A stretch of 46,423 nt of DNA, from NCBI GenBank assembly GCA_045601445.1, contig JAZRZQ010000086.1:1-46423 (forward strand), in the 5' to 3' direction. How positions within the stretch are numbered: the first letter of the stretch is position 1; every line of letters starts with the position of its first letter. The DNA is from Eubacteriales bacterium (GTDB taxonomy: Bacteria > Bacillota > Clostridia > Oscillospirales > SIG627). The notes under the pieces are model-generated. The model did no database searches and was not told the DNA's origin. It worked only from the letters and a program-made list of their open reading frames with translations. Below, piece by piece: positions 30,181 to 40,315 of the stretch. The translations under genes and the position numbers were made by a program.

Positions 30181-31764
30181 TTAATCTTCTTTTGCTTCAA
30201 ATGCAATCGGCTCGGCCTGCGACCAGAGCTTTTCAAGCTTGAAAAAGTCTCGGTTGGCGGCATCGAACAAATGCACGATCACATCGCCAAAGTCAAGTAA
30301 AATCCAGCCGCCGCCCTGATAACCCTCCACACGGTCGGGCGTTTGGGAATCCTCCTCGCGAAGGCGGTATTCCGCTTCGTCACACAGCGCCTTCAGGTGA
30401 GTGGAAGAGGTGGCGGAAGCGATCACGAAGTAGTCTGTGATGACCGTTTGCTCGATCACCTTGAGAATACAAATCTCTTTTCCCTTTTTTTCATCCAGAA
30501 CGGATGCAAGCTTTTTTGCTTTTTCGAGTGCGGTCATTCCTTGTTCCTTTCGTTTCAAATCCTCCAAGGCAGAGAGCGTCAGAGGATGGATGGGTCTGTT
30601 TTTCTCCCGAAGTCCCTGCACGGTGTGCTCCATCACGTCGACAAGGATCCGATCCAGCTCCCGTTTCTTTTCATCCGTCGAAAGCCCGTTCAGCTCCTCG
30701 GTGCGATGCCGTATTTTGCGACAGAAGGGATATTCCCTCTCTTCCTCGGTGAAATCGGCCAAAAAGAGGATCTTTTCGCTAAGCGTCATCGCGCTCTTTC
30801 CGGTCGTGTGATAAGCAACGGCCGAGCGCTCCGCTTCGGTAAGACAGGGAATCTTTTCGGCAAGAATCGCCGCGCTCCTCCCGTGAAGGACGCTCTCCGA
30901 TGCAAGATCGGCATCGGTGAGAGCTACGCCGTTTTCCTTTAAATACGTCACCTGACGGGAGAGGTCCCATTCCTTGGTGGCGTCGTGGCATAGGGCGGCG
31001 AGGCGAAGCCTCTCCCTCGCCTCATCGGAACAATCAAAGAGACGGCAGAGTCGGTCGGTCTCCCGCTCGACGGAAAGCGTGTGACGAAAGCGCTTGTCCG
31101 ACAGCTCCTTCTCCAAGCGCGAGATCCATTCGGCGCGATGCCCCCTCCGCGAGCCGTAGAGGCCGCGACGCGTCACAAGGTCGTGAACTGCGGGGGAAAG
31201 CGCCTCGGAGATGCCGTCGGTGAAAAGCTGACGTCGAACCTCGGTGGAAGATATTATATATGCTTTTTCGCGCAAAAGCAAGGACTCGGCACCAAATTCT
31301 TTTTCAAGCTGCTTATTTTTTGTCAAAAGCGTGTTGAAATCCTCGTCTCTTGCCATCGGGCACAAAACACAGCGCGAAACCAATTCGGGTACGTTTTTCC
31401 AGGTTTCAAAGGCTAAATACTGATCCGTTCCCATAAAGAGATACAATTTTGCCTTCGGATGGAGCGATGCGATATGGCGCACGGTAAGATACGTGTACGA
31501 CACACCCTCGCTTCGGATTTCAAAATCCGAGATTCTGACCCGATCGGAGACGGGCTCGAAGGCACAGGCTGCCATACGAAGCCGATCCTCATCGGAGACG
31601 GCACCCGTGAGAGCCTTGTGCGGAGCGATCCCCGAGGGGATCACGTAGACAAGCGAGAGCTCGGCCCCCTTCAGAAAGGCGGCAAGCGCCTTTTGGTGGC
31701 CGCGGTGCGGCGGGTCGAAGGCACCGCCGAAAATGCCAATGCGCTCAGTCGTCGAACAAGGCAT
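30181..31764 (-). CDS. nadD: Single ORF fusing nicotinate-nucleotide adenylyltransferase (NadD), HD-domain YqeK and ribosomal silencing factor RsfS
   Basis: I use ATG at 31764 ([14 protein letters not shown].., AGGAG SD 7 nt upstream). NadD is identified by [14 protein letters not shown] and ISSTEVR. YqeK is identified by the HD motifs FRHTLSVE and [11 protein letters not shown]. RsfS is identified by [13 protein letters not shown] and [22 protein letters not shown]. There is no stop codon at either junction. Confidence 0.85.
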   Translation of the reverse strand: MPCSTTERIGIFGGAFDPPHRGHQKALAAFLKGAELSLVYVIPSGIAPHKALTGAVSDEDRLRMAACAFEPVSDRVRISDFEIRSEGVSYTYLTVRHIASLHPKAKLYLFMGTDQYLAFETWKNVPELVSRCVLCPMARDEDFNTLLTKNKQLEKEFGAESLLLREKAYIISSTEVRRQLFTDGISEALSPAVHDLVTRRGLYGSRRGHRAEWISRLEKELSDKRFRHTLSVERETDRLCRLFDCSDEARERLRLAALCHDATKEWDLSRQVTYLKENGVALTDADLASESVLHGRSAAILAEKIPCLTEAERSAVAYHTTGKSAMTLSEKILFLADFTEEEREYPFCRKIRHRTEELNGLSTDEKKRELDRILVDVMEHTVQGLREKNRPIHPLTLSALEDLKRKEQGMTALEKAKKLASVLDEKKGKEICILKVIEQTVITDYFVIASATSSTHLKALCDEAEYRLREEDSQTPDRVEGYQGGGWILLDFGDVIVHLFDAANRDFFKLEKLWSQAEPIAFEAKED

Positions 31765-32659
31765 TGACAAACTCCTGCGGGTCAAACGGACGAAGATCAT
31801 CGACCCCTTCCCCGACGCCGATAAACTTGACGGGGATGCCCAGCTCTTTTTTCAGAGAAAAGACGATGCCGCCCTTGGCAGTGCCGTCGAGCTTGGTCAG
31901 AACCAGACCCGTAATGCCCGCACTGCGGCTGAATTCTTTCGCTTGACTGACGGCGTTCTGACCCGTGGTCGCATCGAGCACGAGCAGTACCTCGCGGTCA
32001 CAGCCCTCCAATTCGCGATCCAGCACGCGGCTGATCTTGGCAAGCTCATCCATCAGATTTTTCTTGTTGTGAAGGCGTCCCGCCGTATCGACGATCAAGA
32101 CGTCCGCACCGCGCTTTTTGGCCGCGGCGGCCGCGTCGAACACGACGGCGGCGGGATCGGCCCCGTCGCCCTGCGAGATCATATCAATTCCGATGCGGTC
32201 GGCCCAAATGCCGAGCTGCTCGCGAGCGGCGGCGCGGAAGGTATCTCCCGCGGCAAGAAGCACTCTCTTGTCCTGAAGCTTTAAATAATTGGCGATCTTG
32301 GCGATGGAAGTGGTCTTTCCGACACCGTTGACGCCGATCACCAAAATGGCGGCGGGCTTGGTGGAAAGCTTTAAGTCAAGCCCGTCCTTCTGAAGCATTT
32401 CGGTCAGAATGGCGCGCAGGGCACTCTTTGCCTCGTCGCCGTTCATAATTCTCTCTTCGGTCACACGATCGCGCAGCTCGTCAATGACCCGCATGGCGCA
32501 CTCCGCACCGAAATCGGCCAAAATGAGAATCTCCTCCAATTCCTCGTAGAAATCCTCGTCGATCTCGCCCGAGAGCGCACGGAAGAGCGCGTCGGTACGA
32601 TGCAGAATCGCATTTTTCGTTTTGGCAAGGCCCTTTTTCAGGGCTTCAAAAAATCCCAT
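31745..32659 (-). CDS. ftsY: Signal recognition particle receptor FtsY (NG domain only)
   Basis: 304 aa. It has the motifs GVNGVGKTTSIAKIA, DTAGR and TKLDGTAKGG. Confidence 0.95.
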   Translation of the reverse strand: MGFFEALKKGLAKTKNAILHRTDALFRALSGEIDEDFYEELEEILILADFGAECAMRVIDELRDRVTEERIMNGDEAKSALRAILTEMLQKDGLDLKLSTKPAAILVIGVNGVGKTTSIAKIANYLKLQDKRVLLAAGDTFRAAAREQLGIWADRIGIDMISQGDGADPAAVVFDAAAAAKKRGADVLIVDTAGRLHNKKNLMDELAKISRVLDRELEGCDREVLLVLDATTGQNAVSQAKEFSRSAGITGLVLTKLDGTAKGGIVFSLKKELGIPVKFIGVGEGVDDLRPFDPQEFVNALFDD

Positions 32660-32668
32660 AGTTTCCTC

Positions 32669-35600
32669 TTACTTTCCGTCGGATGCATAACGCTGTGATT
32701 CGGAGACCGCCAGACGAATGAAGTCGCTGACGCCCTTTTCCTGCATCGTAATGCCGTAGAGGGTGTCGGCCTGCTCCATCGTGCCGCGGCGGTGCGTGAT
32801 TACGATAAACTGCGTTTTGTCGTTATGCTTTTTGATGTATTCGGCAAAGCGGCGCACGTTGGCCTCGTCCAGCGCCGATTCGATCTCGTCGAAGATACAG
32901 AACGGGCTGGGATTGATGCGAAGCAGAGACATATACAGCGCGATCGCCACGAACGCCTGTTCCCCGCCCGAGAGCAGGGAGAGATTTTTGATGACCTTTC
33001 CCGGAGGCTGAACGCGGATCTCGACACCGCAGTTGAGAAGATCCTCCTTGTCGGTCAATTCGATATCCGCATTTCCGCCGCCGAACAGCTCGGTAAAGAT
33101 CTGACGGAAGGTGTAGCGGATCTTTTCAAAGGTATCGGTAAACATTTCGCGCATCGTCGATTCGAGATCGAAAATGAGCTTCTCCAATTCCTCCTTGGAT
33201 TTGGCAATATCGGAATACTGCTCGTTGAGGAAAGCAAAGCGTGCCTGCGCCTCCTCCAATTCCTGAACGGATTCAAGGTTGACCGGCCCGATGCGACGGA
33301 TGCCTGCGCGAAGCTCCTGCAGGCGCTTTTCGCCGCCGAGGGCATCAACGTCAACCGTTTCAAACGAAGAAAACTCCTCGCTGTCGGGGGTGATTTCGTA
33401 CTCCTCCTGAAGGGAGCGCAAAATGCCCTCTTTTTCCTTTTGGGCGGCGGCAAGGCGGGACGAGAGGCGGGAGAAGGACTCCATTTTCCTTTCCTTTTCC
33501 GCTTGCTTTTCCTTTTGCTTGGCGCGGATCTCGGCAGACTCCTCGCCTGCGGCAGTCACTCTGTCCTGAAGGGTGCGGATGAGTGCGTGCTTGTTCTCGA
33601 TCTCGGTGTGAAGGCTTTCCTTTTCCAGAGAGGACTTCTCGATCTGAAGAAGGGCTTGCGCCTTTTTCTCCTCTAACTCGCGAAGGTATTCCTCCTTACG
33701 AAGAGAACTGTCGGCAAGGCGGGCGATGGCCTGTTCGTTTTCGGTCAGACGGGCGGCGACCTGCTCCAAGCGAAGCTGCGCCTGCCCGCGCAGAGCGAGG
33801 ATCTCGCCTTGCGTGATGATGAGCGCCTCGCGCTCCTTTTCCTTTTCTTCCTTCTCGATGCGAAGCGATTCCAAGGCGATGCGGTTCTCCCCTTCCTTGA
33901 CGGAAAGAAGCTCCAATTCCGCACGGATGGTCACGGCGCGAAGCTCCTTTTCTCTCACGCGCTCGTCAAGCTGAAACAGCTCCTGCTCGATCTGAAGCAC
34001 GCGGGATTTGGCGGCATCCATTCGCTCGGTCTCGAGGGTGAGGGCGTTTTGCGCCTCGCCCGCGCGAAGGCGAAGGCTTGACAGCTTCTCCTCCAGCACC
34101 TTGGCCTTTTCGCGGTATTCGGCTCTTGTATTCTCGAGCGTTTCGATCTTTTCTCGATAGGCGGCAATGCGTTTTTCGGCCGCCTCGAGCGTTTCCTTGA
34201 GGCGGGCAAGGTCTCCCGAACGGGACAGAACGCCCGTTTTGTTTTGTGCCTGACCGCCGGTGAACGAGCCGCCCGCGTGGACGATCTGTCCGTCGAGCGT
34301 GACGATGCGAACACCGTATTTTTCCGCGCGCGCCACGCGAGAGGCGCTTTCAATATCGCGGCAGACCAGAGTCTTGCCGAGCAAAAACTCCGCGATGATG
34401 CGGTATTTTTCCTCACTTTGACAAAGATCGCTCGCACGGCCGACGAAGCCCTCGTCGTGAACGGCGGACACGTCGTAGAGCCCTGCGCACAGGGTGTTGA
34501 GGGGCAGGAAGGTCGCTCTGCCCAAGCGATTGTTTTTCAAAAATGCGATGGCGTCCTTGGCGTTGCGGTCGGTCTCGACGACCAGATTCTGAACGCCGTT
34601 TCCGAGGGCGGCCTCCATGGCAAGGACGTATTCCTCACGGGTGGTAACGAGCTTGGAAACAGGGCCGCAAATGCCGGAAAGCTCTCCGGATTGTGCGGCA
34701 CTCATCACTTCCTTGACCGAGTCTGAGAAGCCCTCGAGCAGTCTCTCCATACGAAGCAGGGTGTCGCGGCGCTGTTCGGCCTCCATTTTTTCCATTCGGC
34801 TTTTCTGCAGGCGCTCGTTTTCTTCCTCGATCTCCTCGCCCAGATGATACAGCGCAAGCTGAACGGCTCCGTTGTCCTTTTCGGCCGCTTGCTTTTCCTC
34901 GGCGGCACGGTTGGCCGCCTCGCGAAGCGCTTCAAGTTTTTCCCGCAGGGCTTCATCCTCACCGCCGCCCTGAGAGAGTCTCTTTTCCAGCTCTTTTTTC
35001 TGATCGGCGGCTGCCTGCACAAAGCCCTCGCCCGCCTTCCATTCCATAGAAAGCTCGGCGCGGGACTCGCGGAAGGAATCCATTTGCGCCAAAAGCGCCT
35101 CCTCACGGTCCACCAAGGCGGTGTAGGCACAAGCGACCGTCTCCTGCGAGAGACGGTTTTCCTCAACACGAGCCTCGATGCCGTCCATTTCAGCTTGAAT
35201 GGCCTGCATTTGTGCGCCGATCTCTTCTTTTTGCGCCAAAAGCTCCTTTTCCCGCTCTCCGACCTGCTCTCCCTGAGAGAGTGCCTCCTCGCGGCGAAGC
35301 TCAATGTGGTGGATCTCGTTTTCCAAAACGGAAAGAGCGGCGGCAAGCTCGGATTCGCGCGCGGCAAGCTCGGTTGCCTCCGTGCGGATCCGCTCGCTTT
35401 GCAGATTCTTTTCCTGCGACTCGACGTAAAGGGCGTCGATCCTGCGATCGGCCTTGTCGATCTCGTCGGTCAGAGCGACAAGCTCACGGTCCTCCCTCTC
35501 GTACTGCTCTGCACCGGACTTAGAAAACGCCTCGATGGCGCCGAGGCGCTTGGCCCAGATGCCCATTTCCAGATTTTTCTTTTCCTCGGCAATGGCAAGA

Positions 35601-36244
35601 TAGGCCTTGGCCTTGGCGCTTTGCGCCTCCAGACGCGGCAATCTTCCCTGCACCTCGGAGAGAATATCGTTGATGCGAAGGGCGTTATCGTTGACCGACA
35701 GAAGCTTCTGCGTCGCCTCCTGCTTGCGGTAGCGAAAGCGGGAAATGCCCGCCGCCTCCTCAAACAGCTCGCGGCGATCGTTTCCCTTCATGGAAACGAT
35801 CTCGGCGATCTTGCCCTGACTGATGACGGAATAGCCCTCTCGGCCGATACCGGTATTGAGAAACAGATCGACCACGTCCTTGAGCCGAACCTGTTTTTTG
35901 TTCAGATAATACTCGCTCTCGCCGCTTCGGTAAAGTCTTCTGCCGACGCTGACCTCGTCAAAGTCGATCTTCATCAGATAATCGGAGTTATCAATGGTCA
36001 TCACGACCTCGGCAAACGAGGCGGGTTTACGCTTGGAAGAGCCGTTGAAGATGACGTCCTCCATTTTACTGCCGCGCAGGGATTTGGCACTCATTTCGCC
36101 CAAAACCCAGCGAACGGCATCGGAAATGTTGCTTTTGCCGCTTCCGTTAGCGCCGACGATCGCCGTCATTCCTTTATCAAACTCGATGACGGTCTTGTCG
36201 GGGAACGATTTGAAGCCCTGTAATTCCAGTGTTTTTAAATACAT
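32669..36244 (-). CDS. smc: Chromosome partition protein Smc
   Basis: 1191 aa. It has an N-terminal Walker A (IVGANGSGKSNISDAVRWVLGE), long coiled coils, a hinge, a C-terminal signature motif LSGGEQ and a Walker B motif FCIFDEIESALD. Confidence 0.97.
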   Translation of the reverse strand: MYLKTLELQGFKSFPDKTVIEFDKGMTAIVGANGSGKSNISDAVRWVLGEMSAKSLRGSKMEDVIFNGSSKRKPASFAEVVMTIDNSDYLMKIDFDEVSVGRRLYRSGESEYYLNKKQVRLKDVVDLFLNTGIGREGYSVISQGKIAEIVSMKGNDRRELFEEAAGISRFRYRKQEATQKLLSVNDNALRINDILSEVQGRLPRLEAQSAKAKAYLAIAEEKKNLEMGIWAKRLGAIEAFSKSGAEQYEREDRELVALTDEIDKADRRIDALYVESQEKNLQSERIRTEATELAARESELAAALSVLENEIHHIELRREEALSQGEQVGEREKELLAQKEEIGAQMQAIQAEMDGIEARVEENRLSQETVACAYTALVDREEALLAQMDSFRESRAELSMEWKAGEGFVQAAADQKKELEKRLSQGGGEDEALREKLEALREAANRAAEEKQAAEKDNGAVQLALYHLGEEIEEENERLQKSRMEKMEAEQRRDTLLRMERLLEGFSDSVKEVMSAAQSGELSGICGPVSKLVTTREEYVLAMEAALGNGVQNLVVETDRNAKDAIAFLKNNRLGRATFLPLNTLCAGLYDVSAVHDEGFVGRASDLCQSEEKYRIIAEFLLGKTLVCRDIESASRVARAEKYGVRIVTLDGQIVHAGGSFTGGQAQNKTGVLSRSGDLARLKETLEAAEKRIAAYREKIETLENTRAEYREKAKVLEEKLSSLRLRAGEAQNALTLETERMDAAKSRVLQIEQELFQLDERVREKELRAVTIRAELELLSVKEGENRIALESLRIEKEEKEKEREALIITQGEILALRGQAQLRLEQVAARLTENEQAIARLADSSLRKEEYLRELEEKKAQALLQIEKSSLEKESLHTEIENKHALIRTLQDRVTAAGEESAEIRAKQKEKQAEKERKMESFSRLSSRLAAAQKEKEGILRSLQEEYEITPDSEEFSSFETVDVDALGGEKRLQELRAGIRRIGPVNLESVQELEEAQARFAFLNEQYSDIAKSKEELEKLIFDLESTMREMFTDTFEKIRYTFRQIFTELFGGGNADIELTDKEDLLNCGVEIRVQPPGKVIKNLSLLSGGEQAFVAIALYMSLLRINPSPFCIFDEIESALDEANVRRFAEYIKKHNDKTQFIVITHRRGTMEQADTLYGITMQEKGVSDFIRLAVSESQRYASDGK

Positions 36245-36250
36245 CGGATC

Positions 36251-37018
36251 TTATCCTTTTTTGTTTTCTTCATTCTCGCCGAACCAGGTCAGAAGCGCCT
36301 CGCGCGCGGCCTCCTGCTCGGCCTCTCTCTTGCTGGTGCCGACACCGACTCCGATGGAGTTGGAATTGATCAATACCTCAACGGTAAACTCCTTTTGATG
36401 ATCGGGGCCCTTTTCGGCAATCAGACGGTACTCCACCTTTTCTCCGGGGCTGGTCTGAACCTTTTCCTGAAGCAGACTTTTGTAATCGTCGTCGCGAAGC
36501 CTGCCGCCGTGCATCAGCCGCCCGAGGCGCTCCTCGACAAAGCCGAGAACGAAGCGCTCGGCAAGTTCAATGCCGGCGTCCAGATACAAGGCGGCAATGA
36601 TCGCCTCCATACAGTCGGCCAACACGTTTTTCTGTTTTCTGCCGCCGCCGTCCTCCAACCCGCGGCTGAGAAGCATATAGCGGCCAAGCTCGATCTTTTT
36701 GGCGTATTCAAACAGCGCCTCCGCGCACACCAGCGAGGCGCGCAGTTTGGTGAGAACGCCCTCCTGATAGGTCTTGTGATCCGAAAAAAGATGGCGGGAG
36801 ACGATCAGGGACAGGATGGAGTCTCCCAAAAACTCCAAGCGCTCGTTGTGCTCATACAGCACGCGGCTCTTCTTCTCATTGGAAAAAGAGGAATGCGTCA
36901 GCGCGGCCAAAAGCAGATGCAAATTTTGAAAGCGATAACCGATCAAGTCCTGCAGCTGTTCGCTTCGAGCCAAAAAATACTTTGGGTAATCCGATAATTC
37001 GGCACGTTTTGCTTCCAT
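36251..37018 (-). CDS. rnc: Ribonuclease III
   Basis: 255 aa. It has the signature NERLEFLGDSIL and a C-terminal dsRBD (GPDHQKEFTVEV). Confidence 0.93.
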   Translation of the reverse strand: MEAKRAELSDYPKYFLARSEQLQDLIGYRFQNLHLLLAALTHSSFSNEKKSRVLYEHNERLEFLGDSILSLIVSRHLFSDHKTYQEGVLTKLRASLVCAEALFEYAKKIELGRYMLLSRGLEDGGGRKQKNVLADCMEAIIAALYLDAGIELAERFVLGFVEERLGRLMHGGRLRDDDYKSLLQEKVQTSPGEKVEYRLIAEKGPDHQKEFTVEVLINSNSIGVGVGTSKREAEQEAAREALLTWFGENEENKKG

Positions 37019-37020
37019 TG

Positions 37021-38043
37021 TTACGCCTCGTTTTTCTTTGCGTTTTCGCCAATGACCGAAAGAGCGGAAGAAATGTCGGACGAGGCGAAGCGAACCGCTT
37101 GCGCCACGGCACTTTCGATCGCCTCGGCACGGGATGCGCCGTGAGCCTTAATGACCGGACGGCAGGTGCCGAGAAGCGGCGCTCCGCCGTATTTTTCATA
37201 CGAAAGGCGCTCGCGGAAGGCGGCGATTTTTTTGCGGATCAAAAGATAAGCCAGCGCACCGGAAAGGCCGCTTCGGAACACACGCTTCAATTCCTTGCCG
37301 ATGAACTTTCCGAAGCCCTCGGAAAGCTTTAGGATGACGTTACCCACAAAGCCGTCGCAAACCAAAACGTCCGCGCCGCCGAGCGGGATCTCTCTTGCTT
37401 CGACGTTGCCGACGAACGAAAGATCGCACCGATCTTTTAAGAGCTTGTGCGTTTCGACGTAGAGAGGGGTTCCCTTGGTCTCCTCGGCGCCGTTGTTCAC
37501 GAGTCCGACGCGAGGGTTCGGGAGAGAAAAGATGCCCTTCATATAAGCGCTTCCCATCTGCGCGAATTGCACGAGCTCCTCGGGCGTGACCTCGATATTG
37601 GCACCGCTGTCAAGAAGCAGGGTGGGATTGGTCAGGGGAAGAACCGTTCCGATCGCACAGCGTCGAATGCCGGCCAGCTTTAATTTGTAGATACGGCTGG
37701 AAGCACCGACCAGAAGTGCACCCGTCGAACCGGCGGACAGGAAGGCGTCTCCCTCCCCGTCGCGCAGGAGCGCAAGACCGACTGCCATGGAAGAATCCTT
37801 TTTGCTCTTTATGATACACAGCGGATCGTCCTCCATTTCAATTTTGGTGGGCGCGTGCACGATTCGAAAGCCATCGGAGTCGATGCCGTGCTTGGAAAAC
37901 ACCGCTCGGATGGCACTCTCATCCCCCGTCAGGACGATCTCTTCGATCTGCGGATTTTTTTTCTTTCCCGCAACCGCACCGAGAACGATCTCATCGGGCG
38001 CGTGATCGCCGCCCATCGCGTCAATGATTAGTTTCATTGTCAA
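37021..38043 (-). CDS. plsX: Phosphate acyltransferase PlsX
   Basis: 340 aa. The N-terminus is MKLIIDAMGGDHAP. Confidence 0.93.
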   Translation of the reverse strand: MTMKLIIDAMGGDHAPDEIVLGAVAGKKKNPQIEEIVLTGDESAIRAVFSKHGIDSDGFRIVHAPTKIEMEDDPLCIIKSKKDSSMAVGLALLRDGEGDAFLSAGSTGALLVGASSRIYKLKLAGIRRCAIGTVLPLTNPTLLLDSGANIEVTPEELVQFAQMGSAYMKGIFSLPNPRVGLVNNGAEETKGTPLYVETHKLLKDRCDLSFVGNVEAREIPLGGADVLVCDGFVGNVILKLSEGFGKFIGKELKRVFRSGLSGALAYLLIRKKIAAFRERLSYEKYGGAPLLGTCRPVIKAHGASRAEAIESAVAQAVRFASSDISSALSVIGENAKKNEA

Positions 38044-38051
38044 AACCTACT

Positions 38052-40304
38052 TTATTCTTTGTATTTGCATTCCTTGGAAGAGCAAACGACCGCGCCGTTC
38101 TTCATCTTCACCAAAAGACTTCCGCAGGTGGGGCAAACGCCGCCCGTCGGCTCGTTCCAAAGAGAAAAATCGCACTTGGGGTACTGATCGCAACCGAAGA
38201 AGGTGCTCTTTCTGCCGCGCTTTTCAACGATCTCACCGCCGCATTTGGGGCAGGCGACGCCGATCTTTCTTGCCTTTTGGCGGGTAAAGCGGCAATCGGG
38301 GTAGTTTTGGCAAGCGTAAAACTCGCCGAAGCGCCCCTTTTTCAGAACGACCGGAGCGCCGCAGATCTCGCAGGTCATTCCCTCGACGACGACCTCCTCT
38401 TCCTTTTCTGCGCGCGGGGCGATCTTGCCGTCGCGCGTGAGGGTCATCGTGGTTTTGCACTCGGGATAATTGGGGCAGGCCGCAAATTTTCCGAAGCGAC
38501 CGGATTTTACGATCATCCTGCTGCCGCAATTCGGGCAGGTCTCCTCCAATTCCTCCTGCGCGAGCGTGACCTTTCCGTTCTCGGAAAGATCCTTTTCCGC
38601 CTGATCGAGAAGGCGCTTGAATTCACCGTAGAAATCGGAAAGCACGGAAAGGTACTCCGCTTTCTTTTCGGCAATGTCATCGAGCTTTTTCTCGAGGTTG
38701 GCGGTAAATTCGTAATCCACGACCGTCGCGAAGTTCTTTTCCATAATATCATTCGTGACCTCGCCGAGCTCGGTCGGGACGAACTGCTTTTTATCGCGGG
38801 CAACGTAGCCGCGGTTGAGGATGGTTTCGATGGTGGGAGTGTAGGTGCTCGGTCTGCCGATGCCCTTTTCCTCCAGAACGTCGATCAGGCTTGCCTCGTT
38901 ATAGCGGCGGGGGGGCTGAGTAAAGTTCTGCTTGGGACGCAGCTCCTTGGCAACCAGCTCGTCCTTTTCCTGCAGGGCAGGCAAGCGCGCCGCCTGTGCG
39001 GGATCCTTTTCCTCGTCGCTCTTCCATTCGCCGTAGGCCTTCAAAAAGCCCTGAAACGAAACGGTCTCTCCGCTGACCTTGAACAAATATTTTTTGCCGT
39101 CGGAGCAGTCTGCCTCGATATCGACGTTTTGCACGTCGACCTTGGCGGAAGCCATTTGGCTTGCCAGGAAGCGATCCCAGATCAATTTATACAGACGGTA
39201 CTGCTCGCTGCTGAGCGCGTCCTTGAGCGATTCCGGCGTTTTTGCGGGATCGGTGGGACGGATGGCCTCGTGCGCGTCCTGACTTGAGCCCTTGGATTTG
39301 TAAACGCGGGGCTTTGCGGGATAGAATTTATCACCGTATTTATCGACGATGACACTCTTGGCCATCGACTGCGCCTCCTCGGAGATGCGAAGTGAGTCGG
39401 TTCTCATATAGGTAATCAAGCCGTGGCCCTCGTGCTTGCCGAGGCTGATACCCTCGTAGAGCCCCTGGGCGATGCTCATCGTACGCTTGGAGGAGAAGCC
39501 GAGTCGCTTGAACGCTTCCTGCTGGAGCTGAGAGGTCGTAAAGGGGGGCGGCGGATTTTTGACCTTAACGCTCGATTGCACGCTCTTGACGCGAAAGGAG
39601 GCACCCGCAAGCGATTGGAGAACCTTGTCGCAGGATTCCCGATTGGCAAGCGCCGTTTTTTTCTGCGGCGTTCCGTGGAAGCGGGCGAGAAACTCCTTGC
39701 CCTGCGGGGTAACAAACAAAATATGAAGTGTCCAAAATTCCTCGGGGACGAAGGCGCGGATCTCGCGCTCGCGATCCACAATCAAGCGGGTCGCCACCGA
39801 CTGCACTCGGCCGGCGGAAAGTCCGTTGCGCACGTTTTTCCAAAGCAGGGGGCTGAGCTTATAGCCGAGGATGCGGTCAAGAATGCGACGGGTCTGCTGA
39901 GAGTCGACCAGCGCCATATCAATCTTTCGGGGAGATGCGATCGCGGCCTTCACGGCGGGCTTTGTGACCTCGTTGAAGGAGATTCTGCCGCCGCCCTTGC
40001 CCTCAAGCGAGAGCACCTGATACAAATGCCAGCTGATGGCCTCTCCCTCTCGGTCAGGGTCGCTTGCCAGAAAGACCTTATCTGCCTTTTTGGCTTCCTT
40101 TTTGAGCTGGGCGATCAGATCGCCCTTGCCGCGGATGTTAATATATTTCGGTTCAAAGTCGTGATCGACGTCGACTCCCAAGCTGCTCTTGGGCAGGTCG
40201 CGGATATGTCCCTGACAGGCAAGGACCTTATAGCCGCTGCCGAGAAAGCCCTTGATGGTGGTTGCTTTGGAGGGAGACTCCACGATTACAAGATGGTTTG
40301 CCAT
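38052..40304 (-). CDS. topA: DNA topoisomerase I with four C-terminal zinc-ribbon repeats
   Basis: I use ATG at 40304 (MANHLVIVESPSKA.., AGGA SD 6 nt upstream). It has a TOPRIM domain, the active-site region ITYMRTDS and four CxxC..CxxC modules. Confidence 0.95.
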   Translation of the reverse strand: MANHLVIVESPSKATTIKGFLGSGYKVLACQGHIRDLPKSSLGVDVDHDFEPKYINIRGKGDLIAQLKKEAKKADKVFLASDPDREGEAISWHLYQVLSLEGKGGGRISFNEVTKPAVKAAIASPRKIDMALVDSQQTRRILDRILGYKLSPLLWKNVRNGLSAGRVQSVATRLIVDREREIRAFVPEEFWTLHILFVTPQGKEFLARFHGTPQKKTALANRESCDKVLQSLAGASFRVKSVQSSVKVKNPPPPFTTSQLQQEAFKRLGFSSKRTMSIAQGLYEGISLGKHEGHGLITYMRTDSLRISEEAQSMAKSVIVDKYGDKFYPAKPRVYKSKGSSQDAHEAIRPTDPAKTPESLKDALSSEQYRLYKLIWDRFLASQMASAKVDVQNVDIEADCSDGKKYLFKVSGETVSFQGFLKAYGEWKSDEEKDPAQAARLPALQEKDELVAKELRPKQNFTQPPRRYNEASLIDVLEEKGIGRPSTYTPTIETILNRGYVARDKKQFVPTELGEVTNDIMEKNFATVVDYEFTANLEKKLDDIAEKKAEYLSVLSDFYGEFKRLLDQAEKDLSENGKVTLAQEELEETCPNCGSRMIVKSGRFGKFAACPNYPECKTTMTLTRDGKIAPRAEKEEEVVVEGMTCEICGAPVVLKKGRFGEFYACQNYPDCRFTRQKARKIGVACPKCGGEIVEKRGRKSTFFGCDQYPKCDFSLWNEPTGGVCPTCGSLLVKMKNGAVVCSSKECKYKE

Positions 40305-40315
40305 AGTTTTTCCTT

